Virus record (IMG/VR): IMGVR_UViG_3300023173_001364
Span: 1 to 64,000 of that record
Length of the DNA stretch: 64,000 nt
Source: an uncultured virus (IMG/VR IMGVR_UViG_3300023173_001364)
Taxonomy: Duplodnaviria; Heunggongvirae; Uroviricota; Caudoviricetes
Strand: one strand, 5' to 3'
The notes beneath the pieces are model-generated. The model saw nothing but the letters and a program-made list of their open reading frames with translations, had not been told where the DNA came from and did no database searches. Shown here piece by piece: positions 18,139-27,312 of this stretch. The position numbers and the translations under genes were made by a program. Numbering within the stretch: the stretch's first letter is position 1; each line of letters opens with the position of its first letter.

Positions 18139-19226
18139 TACCAACCAATCCTTTCCCAAGGAACATCTTTGTTTCCAAAGTGCCCATATGTACAGTTACT
18201 ACTATACTGTGTAAAGTTAAATAAGTCAAATCTATCAATAATACCTTTTGGTGTTAAGTTAATATTGTTCTCGATAAACTTTTGAATACTGCGATTATGT
18301 CCATTTGAATCAACATATATACTTGTCGGCTCTTTAACACCTATAGCATATGATAACTGAATCTGACACCAATCTGCCATATCGTCTGCTACTACGTTTT
18401 TAGCAAGCCACCTAGCCATATAGGCAGCACTGCGATCTACCTTTGTTGGATCTTTACCACTAAAAGCACCGCCACCATGAGGAGCAAATCCGCCGTAAGT
18501 ATCCACGATAATTTTACGTCCAGTAACGCCAGCATCACCGTCAGGCCCACCAATAACAAAGTTACCGGTAGGATTAATATGCCATACAGTTTTATCATCT
18601 ATTAAATCTCCTAGTACATCTCCTACAGCACTGCGGATAGGCATCTTTACACTTTCACCAAAACCTTCACGATGCTGTTGGCTTACAACTACTTGATCAA
18701 TGCGCTTTACACGCCCGCCTTCGTATTCAACACTTACTTGTGATTTAGCGTCTGGACCTAAGTATTCGTAACCGTCCTTACGCATATCACGCAAACGTTT
18801 TAGTATTTCATGCGAGTAGTAAATTGGTGCTGGCATATATGCTTCGTTGTCATTACATGCATAGCCAAACATAATACCTTGATCGCCTGCTCCAAAATCA
18901 TCTGTACCTAGTGCAATGTCTCCGCTTTGAGCATGAATTTCATTATAGATATTTAAATTATCCCAATGAAATCCTTCTTGCTCGTAGCCAATTTCTTTGA
19001 CTTTATTGCGTACAATTTCTTTAACTTCGTCTTTGCTTACATTAAAGTTTTTTACTTCGCCTGCCAATGTTACATGATTGGTAGTTACAAGTGTTTCAAC
19101 AGCAACACGAGTTGTTTCATCTCCTGCTGCTAAACCAGCATCGACAAGTGCATCTGAGATTTGGTCTGCTACTTTGTCTGGGTGTCCATCGCTAACACTT
19201 TCGCTAGTAAAAATATAGTTGTTCAT
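18138..19226 (-). CDS. metK: S-adenosylmethionine synthetase
   Basis: FTSESVSDGHPDK, GAGDQG, GRKIIVDTYGG, GGGAFSGKDPTKVDRS. Confidence 0.97.
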   Translation of the reverse strand: MNNYIFTSESVSDGHPDKVADQISDALVDAGLAAGDETTRVAVETLVTTNHVTLAGEVKNFNVSKDEVKEIVRNKVKEIGYEQEGFHWDNLNIYNEIHAQSGDIALGTDDFGAGDQGIMFGYACNDNEAYMPAPIYYSHEILKRLRDMRKDGYEYLGPDAKSQVSVEYEGGRVKRIDQVVVSQQHREGFGESVKMPIRSAVGDVLGDLIDDKTVWHINPTGNFVIGGPDGDAGVTGRKIIVDTYGGFAPHGGGAFSGKDPTKVDRSAAYMARWLAKNVVADDMADWCQIQLSYAIGVKEPTSIYVDSNGHNRSIQKFIENNINLTPKGIIDRFDLFNFTQYSSNCTYGHFGNKDVPWERIGW

Positions 19227-19292
19227 AAATGTTTCCTTATCTTTTCGTATTGCTCTTCGGTGTGTATTCCTTTACTATATTTGGCAACCTCT

Positions 19293-20189
19293 TTAAGTTC
19301 CCCAGGCATTTCCGAATAAGCTGATGTGGAGTCTAGGCGAGAACCTCCACCCTCGTTCCATACAGAGGTTCGCCACCTCTTGTACGTTGAGTGTGTATTC
19401 TTCACTACGCCCTCCAAGCGGCATGAGGTATACAGGTACGTCCACGCCTGCTTCACGATAGGTATCGACAGCTCTACTAACTTCGTCAACATCGTCTTGA
19501 TCAGCAACAACAAACTTAAAGTACATATCAGCGCCATCCACAAGGGAATACTCACGAGCAACATCAGACTTGATAGCATCACTCCAAGACTCGCCTGAAA
19601 CTGAGAGTTTTGGGGAACACGAAAAAGTAACTTTAATTCTGTCATTGTTGTTGAGATAATTGTAGAAGTCGTTGTGTAACTGTTGTGTAGTGTTTGTTTC
19701 AATTGTGACATTTTTTAAATCCTGCATACCTGGGTGTTCAAATAACTCGACATATAAACGCTGCCAAGCAAGTAATGGCTCGCCGCCTGTAAGAATTAAG
19801 TGTACGTCCTGGCCGTTATCCATAGTCCATTTGCCTTCCGGCAACAAACTAAGCAAGTGTTCTACAACTTCGTCGACTGTTGCAAGTCGATTAAAGTCTT
19901 TAAACTCTGGATAAATGCTTGCATATGTATCACAACCAGTGTGTACAATAGGCAAGTCTTCAAACTTTTCTGTTTTTTCTACAATACCATCATCTAGCAA
20001 TGCTTTTACTTCTGCATTGTAACGATTGCCTTCTGCATGTTGTTTCCAGCGATCACCTACACTTTTATCAACACCAAAGTTCATACAACGAAAGTTACAA
20101 CCAAAAGTACGTAGAAATACACTTGGTACTCCTACGTATTTACCCTCGCCTTGTACACTATAAAATGCTTCGCTATATCTAAGTTTCAT
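19293..20189 (-). CDS. queE: 7-carboxy-7-deazaguanine synthase (radical SAM) with atypical cluster spacing
   Basis: EAFYSVQGEG, VFLR.FGCNFRC...GCDT, LTGGEP, IETN, SPKL, FSPRLH. Confidence 0.9.
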   Translation of the reverse strand: MKLRYSEAFYSVQGEGKYVGVPSVFLRTFGCNFRCMNFGVDKSVGDRWKQHAEGNRYNAEVKALLDDGIVEKTEKFEDLPIVHTGCDTYASIYPEFKDFNRLATVDEVVEHLLSLLPEGKWTMDNGQDVHLILTGGEPLLAWQRLYVELFEHPGMQDLKNVTIETNTTQQLHNDFYNYLNNNDRIKVTFSCSPKLSVSGESWSDAIKSDVAREYSLVDGADMYFKFVVADQDDVDEVSRAVDTYREAGVDVPVYLMPLGGRSEEYTLNVQEVANLCMERGWRFSPRLHISLFGNAWGT

Positions 20190-20409
20190 CTTCTTCTTTC
20201 TTTGTTATTTGCCATGCACCAGGAGTTATTTCTTCCCAGAGCAGTGTGTCTCCATCATCCCAACCAACTTGGTTGAGCATTTCTGGAGGCAGTTCAACAT
20301 ACAATTCTTTGTCTTTACCGTTTTCTTGTACAGTAACGACCCAGTTATTATCTCTTAGTTTACGATATGGTTCTTTAGTTGTCAACTGTTTCTTCCTCTG
20401 CACGTGCAC
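20179..20409 (-). CDS. AbrB/MazE-like small DNA-binding protein (start uncertain)
   Basis: YVELPPEML.QVGWDDGDTL.W. Confidence 0.65.
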   Translation of the reverse strand: MHVQRKKQLTTKEPYRKLRDNNWVVTVQENGKDKELYVELPPEMLNQVGWDDGDTLLWEEITPGAWQITKKEEDET

Positions 20410-21121
20410 GTTTTTCTGCTAATTCGTCTTCGTAGTATTCCCATGCTTCGTCCCAATAATCATCACCTTCGTGCATATGACTATCTTCCCAACGTTTATT
20501 AAACCATGCTACTTGTGCATAATAACCCTTTCCACGACTATCAACAAAATCATAATCTTGTTCGATTTCTTCTTTGTTATACCATAAACGTTCAATCATT
20601 TCGCCGTGATCTGTTTCTACACCAGACACCGCAACCAAGTTAGGATCAAATTCTTCTCCGTCTTTGAGTTCTACAATCCAGCCGCCGAACTCTCCTTTTT
20701 CTGCACTATAAAACATTAGCACAGGAACACTATTATCCTCTTCTTCTTCATCTTGTGGCTCTTCTTGTGTATAGCATTCACGACTGTATAATTGATGTGG
20801 ATCGAAATCAATACGTTTGTCCCAATCAATTTCGTTATCTTCGTCTAGTTCGAACGCCATTAATTCAAGTCCGTTACTAGCTGTTTGGTGATGAATGTCG
20901 TCAATCTCGTACCAACTGTTATAGTACTCCATATCCTCTAAAATGTCAGGACTGTCTGGATCGATGTCTTCGCCGTCTTGCCAATCTTCTAGTGCTTGCA
21001 AATGATTAATAAGTTCATCTTCGTCACGTCCTTGCCAGTATGTAACAAACTCTGGTGTTACTGTACCAATAGTCATTTCGCCGCCGTAGTTGCTACCACG
21101 AATATAAATTTTCTTACCCAT
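20375..21121 (-). CDS. Highly acidic hypothetical protein
   Basis: 248-aa D/E- and aromatic-rich ORF. Confidence 0.7.
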   Translation of the reverse strand: MGKKIYIRGSNYGGEMTIGTVTPEFVTYWQGRDEDELINHLQALEDWQDGEDIDPDSPDILEDMEYYNSWYEIDDIHHQTASNGLELMAFELDEDNEIDWDKRIDFDPHQLYSRECYTQEEPQDEEEEDNSVPVLMFYSAEKGEFGGWIVELKDGEEFDPNLVAVSGVETDHGEMIERLWYNKEEIEQDYDFVDSRGKGYYAQVAWFNKRWEDSHMHEGDDYWDEAWEYYEDELAEKRARAEEETVDN

Positions 21122-21359
21122 TTTCTTTCTCCCATAGTACTGTGTCCATGTGACTAATTAAGTTACTGAATCCGATTTGCATTACACTATAATCGTGTAG
21201 TTCTTCTCTGTATGCTTCAATTTCTGCTAGTTGGTCACCATCTAGTTCTTCTACATTATCGATACCGTAGTGTTCACACACATATTCATAAACATCGTCT
21301 GTAATATTACGTTCGTGGTTTTCTTCCCACTTGTGTATTCTATTCCATTCAAAACTCAT
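21114..21359 (-). CDS. Small acidic hypothetical protein
   Basis: ORF coupled to neighbours. Confidence 0.6.
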   Translation of the reverse strand: MSFEWNRIHKWEENHERNITDDVYEYVCEHYGIDNVEELDGDQLAEIEAYREELHDYSVMQIGFSNLISHMDTVLWEKENG

Positions 21360-21508
21360 TTTGACTTTCCTCTTTTGCCAACTTTAAATGTATATTCAAT
21401 ATCTTCAGGATCGGTTTTTTCGCCTGCTTCGCATACAGTTACTTTATTCTTTTTTAACCATTCATCTATAGCTTTGTTTTCTTGATCTGATAGTTGTGGT
21501 CTACTCAT
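21356..21508 (-). CDS. Small hypothetical protein
   Basis: MSRPQ start; ATGA coupling. Confidence 0.55.
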   Translation of the reverse strand: MSRPQLSDQENKAIDEWLKKNKVTVCEAGEKTDPEDIEYTFKVGKRGKSK

Positions 21509-21674
21509 CGCTATTCCTATGTTGTATGCAAATTGCTTTTTCGTTATTTTCAAATGTTGCTTCTAAAACTGCACGTTCGATTGAACAACGGTTACCGTCT
21601 TGATATAACTCGTAGTGTGTAAGACGGACTTCATCACTACCATAAACTGTGCTTAGTACTACTAGTATCCACAT
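21501..21674 (-). CDS. Unannotated 57-aa secreted-type protein with 2 Cys
   Basis: MWILVVLSTVYG...C...C; same architecture as 13199..13459. Confidence 0.6.
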   Translation of the reverse strand: MWILVVLSTVYGSDEVRLTHYELYQDGNRCSIERAVLEATFENNEKAICIQHRNSDE

Positions 21675-21678
21675 TGTG

Positions 21679-21840
21679 CTATCCTTGTACTGCTATATGC
21701 TGTGCTTCACGTTCGGCTGTTTCAACAATTTTAGCAAGTTCGTTTAGACGATCTGCTACTTCTCTAAAGTAACTGTTTCCGGTTGCACGAGCTTTATCAT
21801 GTAACCACATTACCATTTGACTGTCTTTTTCATTTATCAT
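21679..21840 (-). CDS. Unannotated 53-aa protein
   Basis: MINEKDSQMVMWLHDKAR...; ATGA coupling to the PRTase stop. Confidence 0.55.
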   Translation of the reverse strand: MINEKDSQMVMWLHDKARATGNSYFREVADRLNELAKIVETAEREAQHIAVQG

Positions 21841-22391
21841 TTATCATACTCCCAAGGAAAAACAATCCAAGGATCGCCTTCGCTAGTATCCACTGTTTTC
21901 CAATTATAATTTACACCGTCAAAAATTGTATGTGTTTTTTCACACATTGTAGCAAAGCGAACGTTTTGTCCCCATACAGTGTCCCAATTTGGATGAGCAG
22001 GTAAGCAGTTCTTTTGCCAATCATCTTTAATCCAGTTAAAGGTAGCACCAGTATCGTTGATATCATCTACAATGAGTATATTCTTTTTCTTAGCAGGATC
22101 GCTTGTAGCTTTACTCCAAACATCATCTCTACCAATCTCGGATACATAACCAAATGCATCTTCTGCCATCCAACAATTTGATTCAGGACCATTGCCGCTA
22201 CCGTCACGTAATCTAACATCTAGTGTATACATGTTAGCATCTATCAAATGACTAATACGCAGTGCTAATGGCAAGCCACCTCTGTTAAGTCCTACAATAT
22301 AATCTGGACGCCACGCATCATTATACATTTGTAACACAATGTCTGTGGCAGCATCATGCAAATCATTGTATGTGTAATATTGTTTGTTCAT
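21837..22391 (-). CDS. Type I phosphoribosyltransferase (xanthine/guanine PRT-like)
   Basis: IVGLNRGG, ILIVDDINDTGAT PRPP-binding loop, WIVFPWE. Confidence 0.9.
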   Translation of the reverse strand: MNKQYYTYNDLHDAATDIVLQMYNDAWRPDYIVGLNRGGLPLALRISHLIDANMYTLDVRLRDGSGNGPESNCWMAEDAFGYVSEIGRDDVWSKATSDPAKKKNILIVDDINDTGATFNWIKDDWQKNCLPAHPNWDTVWGQNVRFATMCEKTHTIFDGVNYNWKTVDTSEGDPWIVFPWEYDK

Positions 22392-22732
22392 TTCATACTT
22401 TCTATTGCTAGTTTTGCAGTTAGCATAACATTTTTATTTTTGAAAGTCAACACCAAATACTGCTCAAATGAACTAGAAGCGGTTTCTCCTGTTCCATACT
22501 CAAAACTTTTCCAAGTAAAATCTTTTCCATATTCTAGTCCGAGTTGTCCTAGTATATTGCTTACACGTGCAAGTGCATCGACAGGTGTATATCCTGCATT
22601 AAGAGCACCGCCCCCACCAGATAAATGATTGGGGCGGTTACTCAATTTGTTAACTGAAATTTCCAGTTTATTGTTCACGCAGTTTACCACTAATTGCTTT
22701 GAGTAATAAACCGTATGCTGGAAGGAATACAA
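22388..22732 (-). CDS. Hypothetical protein (true start probably downstream)
   Basis: ORF between yhhQ and PRTase. Confidence 0.5.
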   Translation of the reverse strand: MYSFQHTVYYSKQLVVNCVNNKLEISVNKLSNRPNHLSGGGGALNAGYTPVDALARVSNILGQLGLEYGKDFTWKSFEYGTGETASSSFEQYLVLTFKNKNVMLTAKLAIESMK

Positions 22733-23258
22733 TTAGACCTACTACAATTTTTAGTACTGTTTGTGATCCTGCAATCTCCATCCAATGTGCAGCCATATAT
22801 TCATCTGCGCTGTTGTGGAAAGCAACTGCAAAGAATGTGTAACTGTCAATTACGTTTGCAACAACAGTTGATAGTGCAGGTGCAGCCCACCATGCTTTGT
22901 AGTTTTCACGTATCCATTGGAACACGTAAACATCAAGCATTGCTCCAACTGCGTATGCAGTAGCACTTGCAAAACCAATACGTAGTGCAACACTCATTGG
23001 TGCGCCTTCTAGCATTACTACTAAAATGCTACCAATAATTGCTAGTGGATATGCATATGCAATTGTTGATCTTGCAGTTTCTTTACCAAGAAGTCTTACT
23101 GTAAGATCAGTAGCAACAATAACAATTGGGAACGTAAACGCTGCCCATGTTAATTTAACACCAAAGATTTCTACTGGAATCCCTACTAGTGCGTTTGAAA
23201 TAGTAATAACAATAACATGCAATAATGCAAGTTTCATTACTAAACTTTTATTTGTCAT
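22668..23258 (-). CDS. yhhQ: 7-cyano/7-aminomethyl-7-deazaguanine transporter (VUT family)
   Basis: Multi-TM; ISNALV, TWAAFTFP...ATDLTVRLLG, RIGFASATAY, LDVYVF, IDSYTFF.VAF. Confidence 0.9.
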   Translation of the reverse strand: MTNKSLVMKLALLHVIVITISNALVGIPVEIFGVKLTWAAFTFPIVIVATDLTVRLLGKETARSTIAYAYPLAIIGSILVVMLEGAPMSVALRIGFASATAYAVGAMLDVYVFQWIRENYKAWWAAPALSTVVANVIDSYTFFAVAFHNSADEYMAAHWMEIAGSQTVLKIVVGLIVFLPAYGLLLKAISGKLREQ

Positions 23259-23269
23259 AATTTTCTCCT

Positions 23270-23956
23270 TCAACGTGGCGCAAATTCTTGTTGTAGTTTA
23301 ATGTTGTCAAAGAATTCTTTCTTTGTTCCCATGTCTTTATTAAATGCGCCGTGCAGCACACTAGTTTGTGTTAAACTAGAATGTGCCATAATGCCTCTGT
23401 TTTCACAACAGCCGTGTGTAGCTTGTACGTATACGCCTACGTCTCCGCTACCTGTAGCTTTCATGATTTCTTTAGCAATATCGTTAGCAAGTTCTTCTTG
23501 TAGTGTTCCACGTCTAGCACACCATTGTGCCAAACGAGTGTACTTGCTAAGTCCAATCAGTTTTTGTGCAGCAATAATACCGATGTATGCTACACCAGTT
23601 ACTGGTTGGTGATGATGCGAACACATACTACGTAGTTCGCTTCTAACAACTAGCATGCCTTCATAACGATCATTGCTGTCATTAGGGAAACTAGTTGCAC
23701 TAGGGCGAGGATCATATCGTCCGCCCATAATCTCATTAATATACATTTTAGCAAGTCTGCGTCCGGTATCCATACTGTTTGGATCGTTGTGTCTATCGAT
23801 TACCAAACTGTCTAGTACACTTTCGAACTTGCCTGTAAGTTCTTCGATAAGTTCTTCCTTATCACCATTTTGCATAACTTCGCTAATGTTATCACCTGCC
23901 CAATAGCGGATGCCTGCATCATCGAGTCGTGCTTTTAATTGTTCGCTTTTTGCCAT
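23270..23956 (-). CDS. folE: GTP cyclohydrolase I
   Basis: SMCSHH, GLSKY.R, LQEEL, HGCCENRG. Confidence 0.95.
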   Translation of the reverse strand: MAKSEQLKARLDDAGIRYWAGDNISEVMQNGDKEELIEELTGKFESVLDSLVIDRHNDPNSMDTGRRLAKMYINEIMGGRYDPRPSATSFPNDSNDRYEGMLVVRSELRSMCSHHHQPVTGVAYIGIIAAQKLIGLSKYTRLAQWCARRGTLQEELANDIAKEIMKATGSGDVGVYVQATHGCCENRGIMAHSSLTQTSVLHGAFNKDMGTKKEFFDNIKLQQEFAPR

Positions 23957-24005
23957 TATATTCTCCTAGTTATACACGGCGAGACGTGTTATATTCAATA
24001 TACTT

Positions 24006-24206
24006 TTATGCAAAGTATTTGTCAAGCATTTCAAGGACATCGTCATACTTTGCAATTTCCATAATTTCCATTTCCATTGCTTCAATAATGTCCGGGTGTT
24101 CACCAATTCCTGTAGTATTATTTAGGTAAACTTCTACATTTGCCTTATGTTTATCTACGTGTCCTTTAGCATGACTACGTAGTGCTTCTAATAGAATCTC
24201 ACGCAT
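24006..24206 (-). CDS. Conserved small phage protein
   Basis: ANVEVYL...GIGEHPDI. Confidence 0.7.
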   Translation of the reverse strand: MREILLEALRSHAKGHVDKHKANVEVYLNNTTGIGEHPDIIEAMEMEIMEIAKYDDVLEMLDKYFA

Positions 24207-25299
24207 TTACTATTTCCTTTCCTTCAATTTTATCATATAATTTACTGCCACTAAAAAATTTGTTATGCAATTCTGCTGCATTACTATTTAGGTAATTACT
24301 ATAGTTTTTATGATTTTGCATATACTTACGAATACGCTCTATAACTTTACCTTTATGTTTTTGATAACTATCCCATGACTCTGTCCATTCACTTGGATAT
24401 CTAAATTCCTCATCATACATTTCTGTATAACTTAAACGATCTGGAACCATCGGAATAGCACCTACTAACATACCTTCAAATGCACTAATACCTAGTGTTT
24501 CTTGCAGGTTAGCACTAAACACAATCTTAGCTTCTCCTAGTATATTATGATATTCATTTTTAGTTAGTTGTTTTTCCTGACAAACAATAAACTCGTATTC
24601 AGTAAGTTCTTTTTTTAGATCATTAAAAATTTCTAACTGTTTCTCAGGAGCAAGCCTGTGTGGAAATACAATAGTGTCACGTTTTTCCATATTTTTATAT
24701 GGAAGCATTGTATCACGTAAGTATTCCATTGGCCATCCTACAATACTAACGTTGTCTTGTTCCATAAACCATTCTGCAGGTTCGAGACCAAACATTGTTT
24801 TAAACTCTAGCAAATTCTCTGCAAATATTTTAGCATGAAACTCTGTAGCAAAGAAGTTGTCATCAAATACATGAAACATACTTTTCTCTGCATAACGTAC
24901 CCAAGGTTTATTACCTATAAGTCTTCCTAAAAAATCTTGAGGATCATAGCTACCAGCATGCCACATACCACCAATAGTGATTTGAACACCTAATAGCTCT
25001 GCCATATACTTGAGTTGGATAACTGTAGGATTCCAAGCATCTGTGTATAAGAAATAGTCTCCGTCTTTAATTTCTCCGTTGCAAAACATTTCGCCTATTG
25101 TTTCAAGTTGTTTAGACTTGTAAACATTAGTACCGCCGAAATTAAGAAAAGCGCCAGGTGTAGTAGCTTGCGGAGTTTCACCTCCGCTAATAACTACTAC
25201 ATTATCTGTACGCTTTTGTAGTTGCTTAGGTAGATAATCTTTCCACTGTTTAGTATATCGAGTATCTACTGCTTCGATGTCAACTATATATACAGTCAT
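24199..25299 (-). CDS. GT-B fold glycosyltransferase (GT4-like)
   Basis: WHAGSYD, FPHRLAPEK, QETLGISAFE (Ex7E) motif. Confidence 0.85.
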   Translation of the reverse strand: MTVYIVDIEAVDTRYTKQWKDYLPKQLQKRTDNVVVISGGETPQATTPGAFLNFGGTNVYKSKQLETIGEMFCNGEIKDGDYFLYTDAWNPTVIQLKYMAELLGVQITIGGMWHAGSYDPQDFLGRLIGNKPWVRYAEKSMFHVFDDNFFATEFHAKIFAENLLEFKTMFGLEPAEWFMEQDNVSIVGWPMEYLRDTMLPYKNMEKRDTIVFPHRLAPEKQLEIFNDLKKELTEYEFIVCQEKQLTKNEYHNILGEAKIVFSANLQETLGISAFEGMLVGAIPMVPDRLSYTEMYDEEFRYPSEWTESWDSYQKHKGKVIERIRKYMQNHKNYSNYLNSNAAELHNKFFSGSKLYDKIEGKEIVNA

Positions 25300-25643
25300 T
25301 AAGCTGCCTTAGGTTGATACACACCTACGTGAATTTTAAGTTTCTTAGGGCTACGTTCAGCACTAAGTTTTACACTTACATCGTAAGTAATTGCAGTGTC
25401 ACGAATCATTCCTTGAATGTCGTAACTTTGAATTAAATTAGCATATTTAAGATCACTTAAATATAAGTTAAACAAACGACGAACAGTTTCTTCACTGCCT
25501 CGATTTGTCGCTAGTACACCGTCATATGGTTCGATAATCTTAATAAGATCCCACTTAACGTCATTTACACTTACACGCCCTTGACGAACGTCACGAATAT
25601 CAGTTGCTACATTATTCATAGCTGCATGTTGCTCCGTTTTCAT
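25299..25643 (-). CDS. Hypothetical protein
   Basis: ORF coupled between QueD-like and GT genes. Confidence 0.65.
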   Translation of the reverse strand: MKTEQHAAMNNVATDIRDVRQGRVSVNDVKWDLIKIIEPYDGVLATNRGSEETVRRLFNLYLSDLKYANLIQSYDIQGMIRDTAITYDVSVKLSAERSPKKLKIHVGVYQPKAA

Positions 25644-26046
25644 TATCCTCGCTTACAGTAATTGTCATTTTGCGATTAGGATATTTGTTGTTAATTGCTT
25701 CTGCAAGATCATCACAAATCATCTCACAGGATTTAAAGTCAAGTTGCAGAGTATTTTCTGCATAAAGTTTTTCTAACCAGCGTTTAAACTGGATAAATTC
25801 AATGTCTCGATCGTCGTGGAATACTTCAATCTCAACTTTAAAATGAAACATATGACGATGAACATAACCTAAGAAACTTACGTCATACTCGTCACCAGTT
25901 GCAAGATTGGGATCATCTATTGCTGCAGGATACTTGTGTAACCCTTCTTTTTGAAAGGTGACCCAAATATTTGTTTTTGTTTTATTCATTTTGTTATCTT
26001 CCTCACGCATACGCCGAAGCATATATTCGTAATAACGTTCTTGCAT
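25612..26046 (-). CDS. dpdL: QueD-like T-fold protein, probable CDG decarboxylase (DpdL-type)
   Basis: EGLH, LGYVHRHMF (LxxxHRHxF in place of QueD CxxxHGH), RDIEF, SCEM, VSEDNEN. Confidence 0.7.
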   Translation of the reverse strand: MQERYYEYMLRRMREEDNKMNKTKTNIWVTFQKEGLHKYPAAIDDPNLATGDEYDVSFLGYVHRHMFHFKVEIEVFHDDRDIEFIQFKRWLEKLYAENTLQLDFKSCEMICDDLAEAINNKYPNRKMTITVSEDNENGATCSYE

Positions 26047-26225
26047 TATTTGTCTTCAGTATCAGTATCAATAACTGATAGTTTTTTCTCAACTCTCTGC
26101 ATGATTTGCATCATTTCCCATAACTTCCAATCCATTGTTTTTGCAAGTTCATAAAACGATTCCATAGATGCTTCTTCAGTTTTTTCTTCTACAGGTTCGT
26201 CAATAACACGAATTTTCTTAACCAT
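26046..26225 (-). CDS. Unannotated 59-aa protein
   Basis: MVKKIRVIDEP...MDWKLWE; fills the gap with stop/start coupling. Confidence 0.6.
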   Translation of the reverse strand: MVKKIRVIDEPVEEKTEEASMESFYELAKTMDWKLWEMMQIMQRVEKKLSVIDTDTEDK

Positions 26226-26400
26226 TTTTTATTTCCTTTTTAACGGTTTCAATTTGTTCTTTTAGTTTAAGTTTTTGCTTCTTAAGACTTTTTATACTTA
26301 ATTCAGCATTAGTATGTTTATACAACTGTTCTATTTCTTTGTCAAGTGTTCTGTGTTTCTTTTCCAAACTTTTTAACAGTTGTGTTTTTTCTCGGGGCAT
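26218..26400 (-). CDS. DUF465/YdcH-like coiled-coil protein
   Basis: LEKKHRTLDKEI...LKKQKLKLKEQI. Confidence 0.7.
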   Translation of the reverse strand: MPREKTQLLKSLEKKHRTLDKEIEQLYKHTNAELSIKSLKKQKLKLKEQIETVKKEIKNG

Positions 26401-26806
26401 TTTCTACTCTTTCCCTTAGATCACTTGTACTGAATCTGTGATCTCTTTTATTAAAGTACAGTTCAATACCACGCTTACGACAAATTTCTTTGCCAGTAAA
26501 ATCTTTTTCACGATATTCTTCGCCTAGTATACGCATATCGATGTGATACATTGTTAAAATATCAATCAGATCTTGTTCAGTTTCATATGGGACAATTTCA
26601 TCTACATATTCTACTGCGCTCAGTTGTGCATAACGCTCAACTAAACTTTGCACAGGCTTATTTTTTTCACCTGGTCTATCAATAGTCGGATCGGTTTGGA
26701 GACCGACTATCAAATAATCGCAATGTTCTTTTGCTTCACGTAACATAATAATATGTCCTGCATGAAGCAAGTCAAATGTACTACATGTAAAGCCTACTTT
26801 AGTCAA
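26342..26806 (-). CDS. Cytidylyltransferase (TagD/glycerol-3-phosphate cytidylyltransferase-like)
   Basis: STFDLLHAGH, LIVGL, KPVQ..ER, VDEI, RDHRFSTS. Confidence 0.9.
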   Translation of the reverse strand: MTKVGFTCSTFDLLHAGHIIMLREAKEHCDYLIVGLQTDPTIDRPGEKNKPVQSLVERYAQLSAVEYVDEIVPYETEQDLIDILTMYHIDMRILGEEYREKDFTGKEICRKRGIELYFNKRDHRFSTSDLRERVENAPRKNTTVKKFGKETQNT

Positions 26807-27312
26807 ACTACTGTATCTCCTACATATTCACGCCAGTCTGTGTAGACTTTGCGTTTTTGTAATTCATGTAAATTATGACACCAAACACCTGGATTACTAT
26901 GTCCCCATGTTGTATCATCTAGTTTAAGTGTTGCATTATAATTGAACTGTTTAATGTATGGAAGTTTAACACTTATCATACTAATATAGTTATCATATTC
27001 GTCAAACCCACATTCAAGTACATTAGATGCATGTTCTACACCAAAGTCCAATGTACACCAGTAACCTTCTTTAAGTAAAGGTGTAATCATATTTACCCAA
27101 AGTTCATATTCTTCCCAATTGTTAGGATTAAAACTTTGACTTGTACCAAAGTACAAGTGTTTAATTTTATGTTCATCTGCTTTTTGTGCAATTTCTTTAG
27201 AATCTCGAACACCAACTACGAACAGTGTTTTTTCACCTTTCATGCAAGTGTTTTCAATTTCAGTACCAATAAAGTAAACTACGTCTTGGCGTTCGTCTGT
27301 ATTTAATCCCAT
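26803..27312 (-). CDS. Conserved hypothetical protein in the deazaguanine cluster
   Basis: YF.GTE.E, TLFVVG, HLYFG, NPGVWC, YTDW..Y..D. Confidence 0.7.
   Translation of the reverse strand: MGLNTDERQDVVYFIGTEIENTCMKGEKTLFVVGVRDSKEIAQKADEHKIKHLYFGTSQSFNPNNWEEYELWVNMITPLLKEGYWCTLDFGVEHASNVLECGFDEYDNYISMISVKLPYIKQFNYNATLKLDDTTWGHSNPGVWCHNLHELQKRKVYTDWREYVGDTVV

Noticed and set aside
19223..19711. 162-aa ORF overlapping queE
   Set aside because: Alternative frame of queE with no motifs; at most the last ~28 codons could be a real mini-gene
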